Program-made: the position numbers and the translations under genes
Notes under the pieces: generated by a model
What the model was told of the DNA's origin: nothing
Databases searched by the model: none
The model's input: only the letters and a program-made list of their open reading frames with translations
Source: Enterobacter phage KKP_3711
Length of the DNA stretch: 64,000 nucleotides
Sequence record: PP579741.1
Reading direction: 5' to 3' (one strand)
Shown: positions 52,189 to 61,960 of the stretch, one piece after another
Layout: the number at the start of each line of letters is the position of its first letter
Position numbering within the stretch: the stretch's first letter is position 1

Positions 52189-55100
52189 ATGGATAAGCTA
52201 ATACGTGAATTGCTAATTAACGTTAAACAGCAAGGTGCTACTAAAACAACTAAAGCTATTCAAGGTATCGTTGATGCTCTGGAAGATGCAGCTGTTGGCG
52301 CTGAACTGGCTAATGAACAATTAGCTAAAATATCTCCTACGTTAGCCGGAATTGAAAAGAATGCTCGTAAAACAGCAGCTTCAATGGCTGACCTAGGTGC
52401 AACAAAAAACCTGGATAGAATTTCCAAGAGTCTTTCTACAATTGAAGATTACCTTGATGAATTACTTACTACATCTACTGTGGCTTCTGAAAAGATGGCA
52501 GCAGGATTTGGTACTGTAGCAAATGCAGTAAATAAGATGGGTAATAATATTGCAGGTACTGTAGAAAGAACAGAAGATCAATTAATTGGTCTTAATACAA
52601 CTGTAGGTAGAACAGGTAAATCTTTTACTGATACTGCTACTTCTGCAACAAAAGTAACACGTGCGGTAGGTGATACATCAGGTGCTGCTCGTGGTGCAAC
52701 TAGAGACTTCGCTTCTTTAGCAAAAATTGGTGGGGGGCTACCAATAATGTATGCTGCTATTGCATCTAACGTGTTCGTTTTGCAATCAGCATTTGAACAG
52801 TTCAAGATTGGTGATCAGCTGAATCGTCTGGAAAGATTCGGTAGCCTAGTTGGTAGTATGACTGGTACTCCAGTTCAATCTCTAGCAGTAGCGTTACAAG
52901 GTGCGGTAAATGGTGCGATCAGTTTCCAGGAAGCTATGCAACAAGCATCTGTAGCTTCTACTTATGGATTTAACACAAAACAAATTGAACAATTTGGTTT
53001 AGTAGCTCGCCGTGCATCCGCAGTATTGGGTGTTGATATGGTTGACGCTCTTAACCGTGTTATTAAAGGTGTTTCTAAGCAGGAAATTGAACTTCTGGAC
53101 GAATTAGGTGTAACTATTCGTTTAAACGATGCTTATGCTAAATACGTACAAGTTCTTAATTCTGCTAATACTGGTATTACCTATAATATTAATACACTGA
53201 ACACGTATCAGAAACAGCAAGCTTACGCTAACGCTGTTATTGATGATTCTACTAAAAAGCTAGGTCAATTAGATAGTGCTCTTCGTGCAACAGCATGGGA
53301 ACAGTTTGCAGCTAATGCTAACGCAGCATTACGTTCTGTGCAACAAGCAGCGGCTTCTTTCTTAGACCCGGTTATTGAACGCATTAATATCATCATGAAC
53401 CGTGCTCCTGTATTAAACAGAATAGCAGAATCTCAGGCAGCAATTCAGTCTATTCAAACTATGGATTCAAAAAACGTAGGTGCTGTCCTAAACGCTTATA
53501 ATAATGCCTTTCAACGTAGTGCTGAGTCAGCCAAGGAAACTATGGCTACTATGCAGCAAGTTCGTGATAATGAAAAGCAAATAGATGAAATCTACAGTAA
53601 GCGTCGTAAGATGGAAGGTCAAACCGCTAAAGAGTTAGGCTTATCTTGGAGTGCTTACAAAGAGCAGATTACTTCTCTAGTTAGACAGGAAGATCAGTTA
53701 AGTGCTGAAAACGAGAGATTAAATAAGAACTTAGAAGAATCTTCTAAAAATGCTTTAGCATTTACTAGAGAACAGGATGTTGCTACTAAAAAATTACAGC
53801 AGAATAAGACTTTATGGGATAGTATTACAGATGCCTCAGGTAATGTAAACCCAGATAAATTGACTGCGGCTTTAGATGCAGCAAATGCTACTACAACTTC
53901 TATTAAGAATGATATACCTGCTATAAATGGTATGTTAGGAGATCAATCTTCTACTCTTAAGAACTCTCAGAAAATTGCAGCTGACCTAGCAGGTGTTATG
54001 AACACCGTTAAGAATAACGCAGCAGCAACTGGTAGATCAGAAGATGAGGTTTTAGCTACTTATGGTCTGCAATACAAGACTATGAAAGAGCTAGAAGCAG
54101 CTCAGAAAGGATTTAATCAAGTATTTGAAGCTACCAAATCTAACTCTAAGGATGCTCTGGAAGTGCAGCAGAAAATCGCTGATGTTTATGCTCAAACTAG
54201 AGATAAGGAGAAAGCACAAGCTGCTGGTAGAGAATTGGAAGTTCAACAGCTTGATAAGCAACTGAGTAAGTTAAAGCAAGCGCAAGCTGCTGGTGTAGCT
54301 TCAAAAGAGATTCAGGATGAAATTAATAAACTGGAAACTCAGAAATTAAACATCCAGAACCAGAGTATGGAAGCAGCTAAGAAAACCAAAGATATATCTG
54401 ACAAAATTGTTGGTATTGAAGAGCAGATAAAACTGTTAAAAGATACTACCTTAAACTCTGATCAGTATGCTATGGCTAACTTACAGCTTCAACTGCAAAT
54501 AGAGAAACAGCGTCAAGCAATTTTAGCAGGTAACGCACAGAAACAACGAGATTATATGCAGTCTAAGTTAAACGAAGCTCAGATCGAACGTCAGATCAAT
54601 GAGTTAACTTTCTCTCAGGCTGAGGCTGCTAGTAAGAGACAGCGTGAGCAAGAAATTGCTATGCGTAATGCTACTGGTGAGTATACTTCTCAGGAAAACT
54701 TACTAAACCAGATTAATAATCTCGAACGTGAACGTGTAGAGCTTATTAAAAACGCTAAAGATGCAAATGTTGCGCTAGATACTAATAGAATCACAGATTT
54801 GCAAAATCAAGTGTTGGTATTAAAGCAGCAATTAAAAACTGAACAAGCAGATAAGAATCGTAACTTCCAAAACCAAACCACTGGTTTATTAGGTGGCACT
54901 TATAGCTCTAGTATGGGTCAATCAGCCGGTATGAAGGAAATGACTGAGTTCATGAATAACCAGCAGGGATATGCACAAGCTATATCTAACCTACAGGCGA
55001 TTAACTCTGAAGCTACAGCGGCAGGTCAAAGTCTTGGTAATATGGTTAATGCGATGATGCAGTTTTCCAATGGTTCTCTGGATGCTACCTCTATGGTTGC

Positions 55101-55845
55101 TGCCGGTATGCAAACTATATCTTCTGCTATTCAGTATTCTACCAGCCAACAGATTAGCTCTATTGATGCGGCTATTGCAGCTGAGCAAGCTCGTGATGGT
55201 CAATCTGAGGAATCTAAAGCTAAGATCAAGAAGTTAGAAGCTGAGAAGATTAAAGTACAGCAAGAATCTGCTAAGAAACAAATTCTTATCCAGACAGCAG
55301 TTGCAGTAATGCAGGCAGCTACCTCTGTACCTTATCCTTGGTCTATTCCTCTGATGATTGCAGCTGCGGCAGCAGGTGCTTTATCTTATGCTCAGGCATC
55401 TAGTGCTACTCCTCAGTTGGATGGTATGTCTGGTGGTTCTGGTACTACTGCTTCTCTAACTCTAGGTAAGCGTGATAATTCTGTAGACGTATCTAGAAAT
55501 TCTAGTGGCGGAGAATTATCCTATATTCGTGGTGAATCAGGTGTAGGTAACGCAAATAACTTTGTACCACGTGCAGAAGGTGGTAACATGATCCCAGGAG
55601 TTGGTTATATAACTGGTGAGAACGGAATAGAAGTTATTACTCCTAGTGTACCATCTAAGGCAGTTCCTGCTGATCAGGTAGGTTCCGCTGGTAAAGGCGG
55701 TAGTGCAGTGATTCTACAGGTTCAAGCTATGGACGCTAGAAGTTTTGTTGACTTTGCTAATGAAAACAGTGCAGCTCTGCGTGGTGCTGTAGAAATAGCA
55801 TTAAATGAAAATGGAATGTCCTTGGACAACCTAAGTAGACGTTAA
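52189..55845 (+). CDS. tape measure protein (pb2-like)
   Basis: 1218 aa vs 1219 in T5; long coiled-coil Q/A/K-rich core; hydrophobic segment then C-terminal peptidase-like region. Confidence 0.85.
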   Translation: MDKLIRELLINVKQQGATKTTKAIQGIVDALEDAAVGAELANEQLAKISPTLAGIEKNARKTAASMADLGATKNLDRISKSLSTIEDYLDELLTTSTVASEKMAAGFGTVANAVNKMGNNIAGTVERTEDQLIGLNTTVGRTGKSFTDTATSATKVTRAVGDTSGAARGATRDFASLAKIGGGLPIMYAAIASNVFVLQSAFEQFKIGDQLNRLERFGSLVGSMTGTPVQSLAVALQGAVNGAISFQEAMQQASVASTYGFNTKQIEQFGLVARRASAVLGVDMVDALNRVIKGVSKQEIELLDELGVTIRLNDAYAKYVQVLNSANTGITYNINTLNTYQKQQAYANAVIDDSTKKLGQLDSALRATAWEQFAANANAALRSVQQAAASFLDPVIERINIIMNRAPVLNRIAESQAAIQSIQTMDSKNVGAVLNAYNNAFQRSAESAKETMATMQQVRDNEKQIDEIYSKRRKMEGQTAKELGLSWSAYKEQITSLVRQEDQLSAENERLNKNLEESSKNALAFTREQDVATKKLQQNKTLWDSITDASGNVNPDKLTAALDAANATTTSIKNDIPAINGMLGDQSSTLKNSQKIAADLAGVMNTVKNNAAATGRSEDEVLATYGLQYKTMKELEAAQKGFNQVFEATKSNSKDALEVQQKIADVYAQTRDKEKAQAAGRELEVQQLDKQLSKLKQAQAAGVASKEIQDEINKLETQKLNIQNQSMEAAKKTKDISDKIVGIEEQIKLLKDTTLNSDQYAMANLQLQLQIEKQRQAILAGNAQKQRDYMQSKLNEAQIERQINELTFSQAEAASKRQREQEIAMRNATGEYTSQENLLNQINNLERERVELIKNAKDANVALDTNRITDLQNQVLVLKQQLKTEQADKNRNFQNQTTGLLGGTYSSSMGQSAGMKEMTEFMNNQQGYAQAISNLQAINSEATAAGQSLGNMVNAMMQFSNGSLDATSMVAAGMQTISSAIQYSTSQQISSIDAAIAAEQARDGQSEESKAKIKKLEAEKIKVQQESAKKQILIQTAVAVMQAATSVPYPWSIPLMIAAAAAGALSYAQASSATPQLDGMSGGSGTTASLTLGKRDNSVDVSRNSSGGELSYIRGESGVGNANNFVPRAEGGNMIPGVGYITGENGIEVITPSVPSKAVPADQVGSAGKGGSAVILQVQAMDARSFVDFANENSAALRGAVEIALNENGMSLDNLSRR

Positions 55846-55850
55846 CAGAA

Positions 55851-55872
55851 GGAGGGCGAAAGCTCTCCTTTT
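55851..55872 (+). terminator. rho-independent terminator
   Basis: GGAGGGC-GAAA-GCTCTCC plus TTTTTC. Confidence 0.55.
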
Positions 55873-55947
55873 TCTTTATGTGAGATTAAAAAAGTTTGTT
55901 GATATATCTTTTCAATAGTGTATAATAATTATATTAACGGAGGTGAC

Positions 55948-56559
55948 ATGAGACTACCTGATCCTTTTACTAACCCGTCTCTTTGCCCTGGTTTCGAAAC
56001 AGCGGATCTTGTGGATAATGACCCAATGATACGTGATGAGATGCCAAACGGCAAAGTTCTCGAGGTTAAAAGCTCAGCCCAATATTGGGGCATTAACATA
56101 ACAATGCCAGATTTACTGCCAAAAGAATTCTTCTTTTTGGACGCATTTATTGGCGAATATAAACGTACTGGTGGATACATTGATGTTCTATTGCCTCAAT
56201 ATGAAAATGTTCATGTTAGAGGTGGGGCAGAGTTACTTACTATTGCTTCAGGACAAAAAGGGTCTACTGTTGTATTAGGTAACTTATCAGCTTTAACAGG
56301 TTTACCTGTTGCTGGTGATATATTCCAGTTATCTACCCATCCTAAAGTTTACAAAATAACAAAAGTTGCCACAACAGCAACAACTATGACGTTATCTTTA
56401 TACCCTGATTTATTTATAACTACTACAGGTGCCGAGAAACCAGTCTTTAACGGGATTCTATTCCAGACTAAGTTAATGAATGGTGATGCTTGGTCTCAGA
56501 ATATAACTAATGATGGTGTGTATACTGGTGTAACGCTTAACCTGAGGGAAGCTCTATGA
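55948..56559 (+). CDS. distal tail protein (pb9-like)
   Basis: ATG 55948 after RBS ggaggtgac gives 203 aa (T5 pb9 is 204 aa, starting MRLPDP). Confidence 0.7.
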   Translation: MRLPDPFTNPSLCPGFETADLVDNDPMIRDEMPNGKVLEVKSSAQYWGINITMPDLLPKEFFFLDAFIGEYKRTGGYIDVLLPQYENVHVRGGAELLTIASGQKGSTVVLGNLSALTGLPVAGDIFQLSTHPKVYKITKVATTATTMTLSLYPDLFITTTGAEKPVFNGILFQTKLMNGDAWSQNITNDGVYTGVTLNLREAL

Positions 56560-59417
56560 AAACTATTTTGCCAGCAGCTCAAACGTATCTGAATACACAT
56601 ACGAAAATTAAGACTGCTATGCTTATCTCCATGGAATTGCCAGGCTCAGATCCTACAGCATCTACCTTTGCATACTATACTGATTATTTTAGAGATATTA
56701 CATATAGAGGCATTCCTTATCGTGCTGGCAAGATAAAAGTGGTAGGAGCACATAAACAAGATAGACAACTATCTATTGGTACTTTATCCTTTACTATCAC
56801 AGGTGCTGATGATGTAGAAGTTATTAAATTAGTACAACAGGGTGTTTCATTTATTGATAGAAATGTAACAATACTGCAAGCAATCATTGATGACAATGGT
56901 GAAATTATGGCAGTTGATCCTGATACTAATGGACCTATTCAGTTCTTCAGAGGTAAAATTACTTCTGGCGGTATTCGTGATGATGTTACTGCATCTGATG
57001 GTGGTAGTTCTACAATTACATGGACTTGCTCTAATGCATTTTACGATTTTGAACAAGTAAATGGTAGAGTTACAGATGATGCCTCACATAGAGGTCTAGA
57101 AGTTGTTAATGGAAAACTAGAACCTTCTAACGGGGCTAAAAGGGAAGAGTACAAAGAAGATTATGGATTCTATCACTCAAACCAGTCAGTAAATATTTTA
57201 GCTCAGTATCAAGTTAAAGAACTTAGATACAAAATGAAGTCTAAGAAAAAATTCTTTGGTTTATCAAAAAGTTATTCTCTAGTAGAATACTACGAAACAG
57301 TAACTAAAGAAGTAGATTTAGATTTGAACTTAGCTGCCAAGTATCTTCCAGTAGTTTATGGGGTTCAACAAATACCTGGTATCCCAGTGTTTGCAGACAC
57401 GGAGAAAGATAATCCAAATGTTGTCTACGTTGTATATGCTTTCTGTGAGGGAGAAATTGACGGTTTCTTAGATTTCTATTTTGGTGATAACCCAATGATT
57501 TGTGTTAACCAAGAGGATTCACAAGCAAGAACCTGTTTTGGTACTAAGAAAATAGCAGGTGATACGATGCAACGTATTGCATCTGGACAGCCTAGTACTG
57601 CAACTTCTGTTCACGGACAAGAATATGTATATAATGACGGTAATGGTGATATACGTATTTGGACATATCACGGGAAAAGAGATCAAACAGCAGCACAGGT
57701 ACTAGTAGATTTAGCAGCGAAGAAAGGTTTTTATTTACAAAACCAAAATGGTAATGGCCCAGAATACTGGGATTCTAGATATAAACTATTAGATACTGCA
57801 TATGCTGTTGTTCGTTTCACTATTACTGAGAACCGTACAGATATTCCTGATTTAGCTGCGGAAGTACAAGGTAAAAAGATCAGAGTTTATAAATCAGACG
57901 GTAGTTATGATGCAAGTAAAACTTCTCTTAACCCAATCTGGCAAACTCTTGATTACTTAACTTCAGACCTATATGGACCTGGTGTTACTCTTGATCAGTT
58001 TACTATGAGTCAATTGCTGCAAGAAGCAGCAGTACTCAATACTATAGATACTAGCTACCAGATGTCTTGGCAGCCATATTGGCGTTATGTAGGTTGGACT
58101 AGTAATGCTAATGTTGATTTCCGCCAAATGGTGCAATTAAACACCATAGTAGATACAGCAGATACCGTATTTAAAAACGTACAAGCACTATTAGATGCGT
58201 TCAAAGGAGCTTTAAATAACTTATCTGGAACTTACAGATTAACAGTTGAAAAATATAGTAAGACTCCTAGAAAAATACACTACCTAGATACTACCGGTTC
58301 TATTGATCTACAAGATACTACAGGCAGAAGTAAATATAACTCTGTCCAAGCATCCTTAATTGATCCTGCACTTATGTGGAAAACTAACAGTGTTACATTC
58401 TTTAACTCTGAATATAAGAATCAAGATAAAGGGGCGGACAAAAGATTACAATTATCTTTTGCTTATATTACTAACTACTATACTGCCAGAGCATTTGCTG
58501 AAAGAGAGTTAAAGAAATCTCGTTATTCCCGACAGTTAACAATAACTGTTCCTTACTCTTTTATAGGTATTGAGTGTAATGATCCTATTGCATTTACATA
58601 CCCTAGGTATGGTTGGGTTGACAAATTCTTTTTAGTAGATTCTGTTGAAAATACCAGAGATGGTAAAATCAATTTAGTTCTACAAGAGTACGCAGAAGAT
58701 GTGTTTATTAACTCTGATCAAGTAGATAACTCTGGTACAGATATACCAAACGTAACAAACTCTGTATTACCTCCTAGAGACTTCAAATATGTTCCTACGC
58801 CTGTATCTACAAGCCAGGATTTTACTACAATAGGTAAAAATGGTGAATTAACATGGTTGCCTTCATTTACGGGTAATGTAATTTACTACACTATTTTACA
58901 GTCTGGTAGACTAGACCCTTATGTAGTAGATCAACTTACTCAAGATCCTAATGTTCGATTAAAACAGGATATTATGGGTCAGCCAGCAGGACTTTATATA
59001 TTTGAAATTAGAGCTGTAGATGTTAACGGTAGACGATCTTCTCCTGTTACTCTTACCGTAGAATTAAATGCTGCTAGAAATTTAGCTCCTGTATCTAACT
59101 TTAGAGCATTAAATGCTTTACCTTCTGACGGCAGTGAGTTTACGGGGCCAGATCTTCTATTAGCATGGGATCCAAACCCCGAAGAAGATTTATTAGAAGG
59201 ACTTTACTACGAGCTGGAACTTTCAAACTCAGTAGGTACTATGTTAAGGAGTATAAGAATCGAGAATCAGTGGACATATGATTACTTACTCTTATACAAC
59301 AAGCAAGATTATGCTACTCAAAACAGTGGCAAAATAGGTATTAATAGACGGATAAATGCACGAATTAGGGCAAAAGGTCCTAATGGCGAACAATCCGTAA
59401 CATGGACAACACTTTAA
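56556..59417 (+). CDS. baseplate hub protein (pb3-like)
   Basis: 953 aa vs 949 in T5; ATGA overlap with pb9. Confidence 0.75.
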   Translation: MKTILPAAQTYLNTHTKIKTAMLISMELPGSDPTASTFAYYTDYFRDITYRGIPYRAGKIKVVGAHKQDRQLSIGTLSFTITGADDVEVIKLVQQGVSFIDRNVTILQAIIDDNGEIMAVDPDTNGPIQFFRGKITSGGIRDDVTASDGGSSTITWTCSNAFYDFEQVNGRVTDDASHRGLEVVNGKLEPSNGAKREEYKEDYGFYHSNQSVNILAQYQVKELRYKMKSKKKFFGLSKSYSLVEYYETVTKEVDLDLNLAAKYLPVVYGVQQIPGIPVFADTEKDNPNVVYVVYAFCEGEIDGFLDFYFGDNPMICVNQEDSQARTCFGTKKIAGDTMQRIASGQPSTATSVHGQEYVYNDGNGDIRIWTYHGKRDQTAAQVLVDLAAKKGFYLQNQNGNGPEYWDSRYKLLDTAYAVVRFTITENRTDIPDLAAEVQGKKIRVYKSDGSYDASKTSLNPIWQTLDYLTSDLYGPGVTLDQFTMSQLLQEAAVLNTIDTSYQMSWQPYWRYVGWTSNANVDFRQMVQLNTIVDTADTVFKNVQALLDAFKGALNNLSGTYRLTVEKYSKTPRKIHYLDTTGSIDLQDTTGRSKYNSVQASLIDPALMWKTNSVTFFNSEYKNQDKGADKRLQLSFAYITNYYTARAFAERELKKSRYSRQLTITVPYSFIGIECNDPIAFTYPRYGWVDKFFLVDSVENTRDGKINLVLQEYAEDVFINSDQVDNSGTDIPNVTNSVLPPRDFKYVPTPVSTSQDFTTIGKNGELTWLPSFTGNVIYYTILQSGRLDPYVVDQLTQDPNVRLKQDIMGQPAGLYIFEIRAVDVNGRRSSPVTLTVELNAARNLAPVSNFRALNALPSDGSEFTGPDLLLAWDPNPEEDLLEGLYYELELSNSVGTMLRSIRIENQWTYDYLLLYNKQDYATQNSGKIGINRRINARIRAKGPNGEQSVTWTTL

Positions 59418-61550
59418 ATGATTTCTAATACCGCTCCTGCCAAGATGGTGCTGCAATCCGCAGTCGCTGGATATACGATGATCTTCTTCCAGCACTCCAT
59501 CTTTACAGATCCTGACGTATATGATAGATCTTTCTGGATTACTACAGGAAGCACAACGGTACGTAGGGATTATACAGATGTGTCTAAATTTACTATAACT
59601 CTTCTGGGTCTCTTAGCTGAGACCCAGTATAGTGTTCAAGGTGCATTCGTAGATAGTATTATAGATGAACAACTATTAGCTGCAAAATTCTCTTTAAACC
59701 TTTCTGATGTTGCAACGGTTAAAACAATTAAAAGACCAAAAATACTAACTGCAACATCCACTGCTCAACCTGTTGACGTGGGCGTAGGTTCTCCTGTAGT
59801 AGTTATTACTACAGAAGGAGATGGAGATTTTTGTACAATTGAATTACAAAAAGTAGGAGAGACTACTTGGACTATTGCTTACCAAGGTCCTCTTCTTCCA
59901 ACCATCCAATTTGGTGGTGTACCAATTGGAGATTATAAAGTAAGGATCTCAGGTCAAGTATCTATGCCAGACGGTGTTACTATTGATACCTCTGGAGTTG
60001 CACAATTTGCAGGTACTTTGACTGTTGCGTATAATTTCGTACCACCTTCTGCACCTACAGGTATCACCTTCAAAGTTGCGAATGTTAAGGATGGTAAGGA
60101 AAGATATGATTTACGTGTAGGATGGACGTGGACTAAAGGTAATGGGGCAAACGTTAGAGAATTCGTTCTAGAATATGTAGATTCTGCTGCATTTGCTGCA
60201 TCTGGGTGGACTAAATCTCAAAAGATAAACGTAGGCTCAGCTAAAGAAGCGACACTATTCTCCTTCCCGTTCAATGTGGAACATAAATTCCGAGTTACTG
60301 CTATTGCTTGGGGTCCAGCTACTCAAGATGCTACTCCTAGTGCTGTAGCAACATTTAGAATTACAGAATCTACTCCGATAGACAATAGCTTTATAAATGA
60401 AACTGGTATTGATGTAAACTACGCATATATTATGGGTAAGTTGAAAGACGGAACAGCTTGGAAACAAACTTTCCTTCTAGATGCTAAAACTGGTGCCGTT
60501 GCTATTGGTTTACTAGGTTCAGATGGTAGAGCTCCTATATCTTTTGATCCAGTTCAAAGAATTGTAAACGTTGACGGTAGAGTTATTACTAAAATAATCA
60601 ACGCCGCAAGTTTTGTATTAACTAACTTAACAGGTCAAGATAACCCAGCATTATATACTCAGGGTAAAGCATATGGTGATAATAACTCCGGTGTTTGGAT
60701 TGGTATGGATAATGCCACTGCTAAACCAAAAGTAGATATAGGTGGTCCTACTCAGTATATTAGATTTGATGGTACTACATTAAGGATTGCTGGTCAAGTA
60801 GTAATTGGGACGCCTACTGGTGATATTTCCTTAACGGAAGGTGTACAGGGTAAACAAACAGTATTTATCTATATATTAGGTACATCTATTCCTGCGAAGC
60901 CCACATCTTCAGCATATCCACCTCCAGGCTGGTCGAAATTACCTCCTAATAGAACTAATGCTACTCAGAATATTTATTCTTGTACAGGTCAAATAGATCC
61001 TGTAACTAATACATTGTTATCTGGTACAGGTTGGTCAGATCCGGTGCAGTGGAGTGGTACTGAAGGTTCAGATGGGGCTCCTGGTTCTCCGGGTGCACCA
61101 GGGGCAACAGGCCCACAAGGTCCACAAGGACCACAAGGGCCGGCAGGTTCTAATGGTGCTGCAGGTGCTCGTGGCCCTGGGTTCTACGCGCAATCTATTG
61201 CGGGCTTAACAGCATTTAATACTACTCAAGCAAACTCATACTTCCAATCACTGTTTGGTACTGGACCTACACGTTATGATGTACTGACTCAGTATAACTC
61301 TAGTAACCCTGCAACTGCGTTTACTAGACAGTGGAATGGTTCTTCATGGATTGCTCCTGCTTTAGTAGTTCATGGTGATATGGTTGTTAATGGTACTATT
61401 ACAGCACAAAAAATTGTTGCTAACTATGCTTTCTTTGCACAGTTAGGTGTAGATGTAATCTATAACAGGGCTGCTGCGCTAAGCACAAACCCAGAGAGTT
61501 CCTATACAATGAAAATTGATTTAGCAAACTCTTACATACATATACGATGA
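59418..61550 (+). CDS. central straight fibre protein (pb4-like) with collagen-like repeat
   Basis: 710 aa; GAPGSPGAPGATGPQGPQGPQGPAGSNGAAGARGPG run; T5 order. Confidence 0.7.
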   Translation: MISNTAPAKMVLQSAVAGYTMIFFQHSIFTDPDVYDRSFWITTGSTTVRRDYTDVSKFTITLLGLLAETQYSVQGAFVDSIIDEQLLAAKFSLNLSDVATVKTIKRPKILTATSTAQPVDVGVGSPVVVITTEGDGDFCTIELQKVGETTWTIAYQGPLLPTIQFGGVPIGDYKVRISGQVSMPDGVTIDTSGVAQFAGTLTVAYNFVPPSAPTGITFKVANVKDGKERYDLRVGWTWTKGNGANVREFVLEYVDSAAFAASGWTKSQKINVGSAKEATLFSFPFNVEHKFRVTAIAWGPATQDATPSAVATFRITESTPIDNSFINETGIDVNYAYIMGKLKDGTAWKQTFLLDAKTGAVAIGLLGSDGRAPISFDPVQRIVNVDGRVITKIINAASFVLTNLTGQDNPALYTQGKAYGDNNSGVWIGMDNATAKPKVDIGGPTQYIRFDGTTLRIAGQVVIGTPTGDISLTEGVQGKQTVFIYILGTSIPAKPTSSAYPPPGWSKLPPNRTNATQNIYSCTGQIDPVTNTLLSGTGWSDPVQWSGTEGSDGAPGSPGAPGATGPQGPQGPQGPAGSNGAAGARGPGFYAQSIAGLTAFNTTQANSYFQSLFGTGPTRYDVLTQYNSSNPATAFTRQWNGSSWIAPALVVHGDMVVNGTITAQKIVANYAFFAQLGVDVIYNRAAALSTNPESSYTMKIDLANSYIHIR

Positions 61551-61960
61551 GCATAGAGAATAAAATGGTTGACCTTAGCGTGGAGGCCAATATCCCTTAC
61601 GGTTTATTAATGCAGTTTGAGGATGTTGAAACGCTACTTGATTCTGAGAATATTGTTCCTATTAACTTAACAGGATCTACTTTCAAAGGAGCTATCAAAG
61701 CTTCCTTAGATCCGGGAGCAGCTCTGTTGGAAACTTTTACCATCACAGTTGTAGACGCTGCTAGTGGGGTAGTTGCGGTAAGCTTATCCAAAACTCAAAC
61801 AGCTAATCTTACTACTAAAGCATCTAAGATAAGAGACAAGTATAATCCTAGGTTGCGTTTTGTTGGTTACTATGATATTATAATGACTAAGACAAGTAGT
61901 AATACTAACTTTAGAGTACTTGAAGGTAAAGTATATATTAGTGATGGAGTGACAACCTAA
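61547..61960 (+). CDS. collar protein p132-like
   Basis: 137 aa vs about 140 in T5; between pb4 and the L-shaped fibre. Confidence 0.55.
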   Translation: MSIENKMVDLSVEANIPYGLLMQFEDVETLLDSENIVPINLTGSTFKGAIKASLDPGAALLETFTITVVDAASGVVAVSLSKTQTANLTTKASKIRDKYNPRLRFVGYYDIIMTKTSSNTNFRVLEGKVYISDGVTT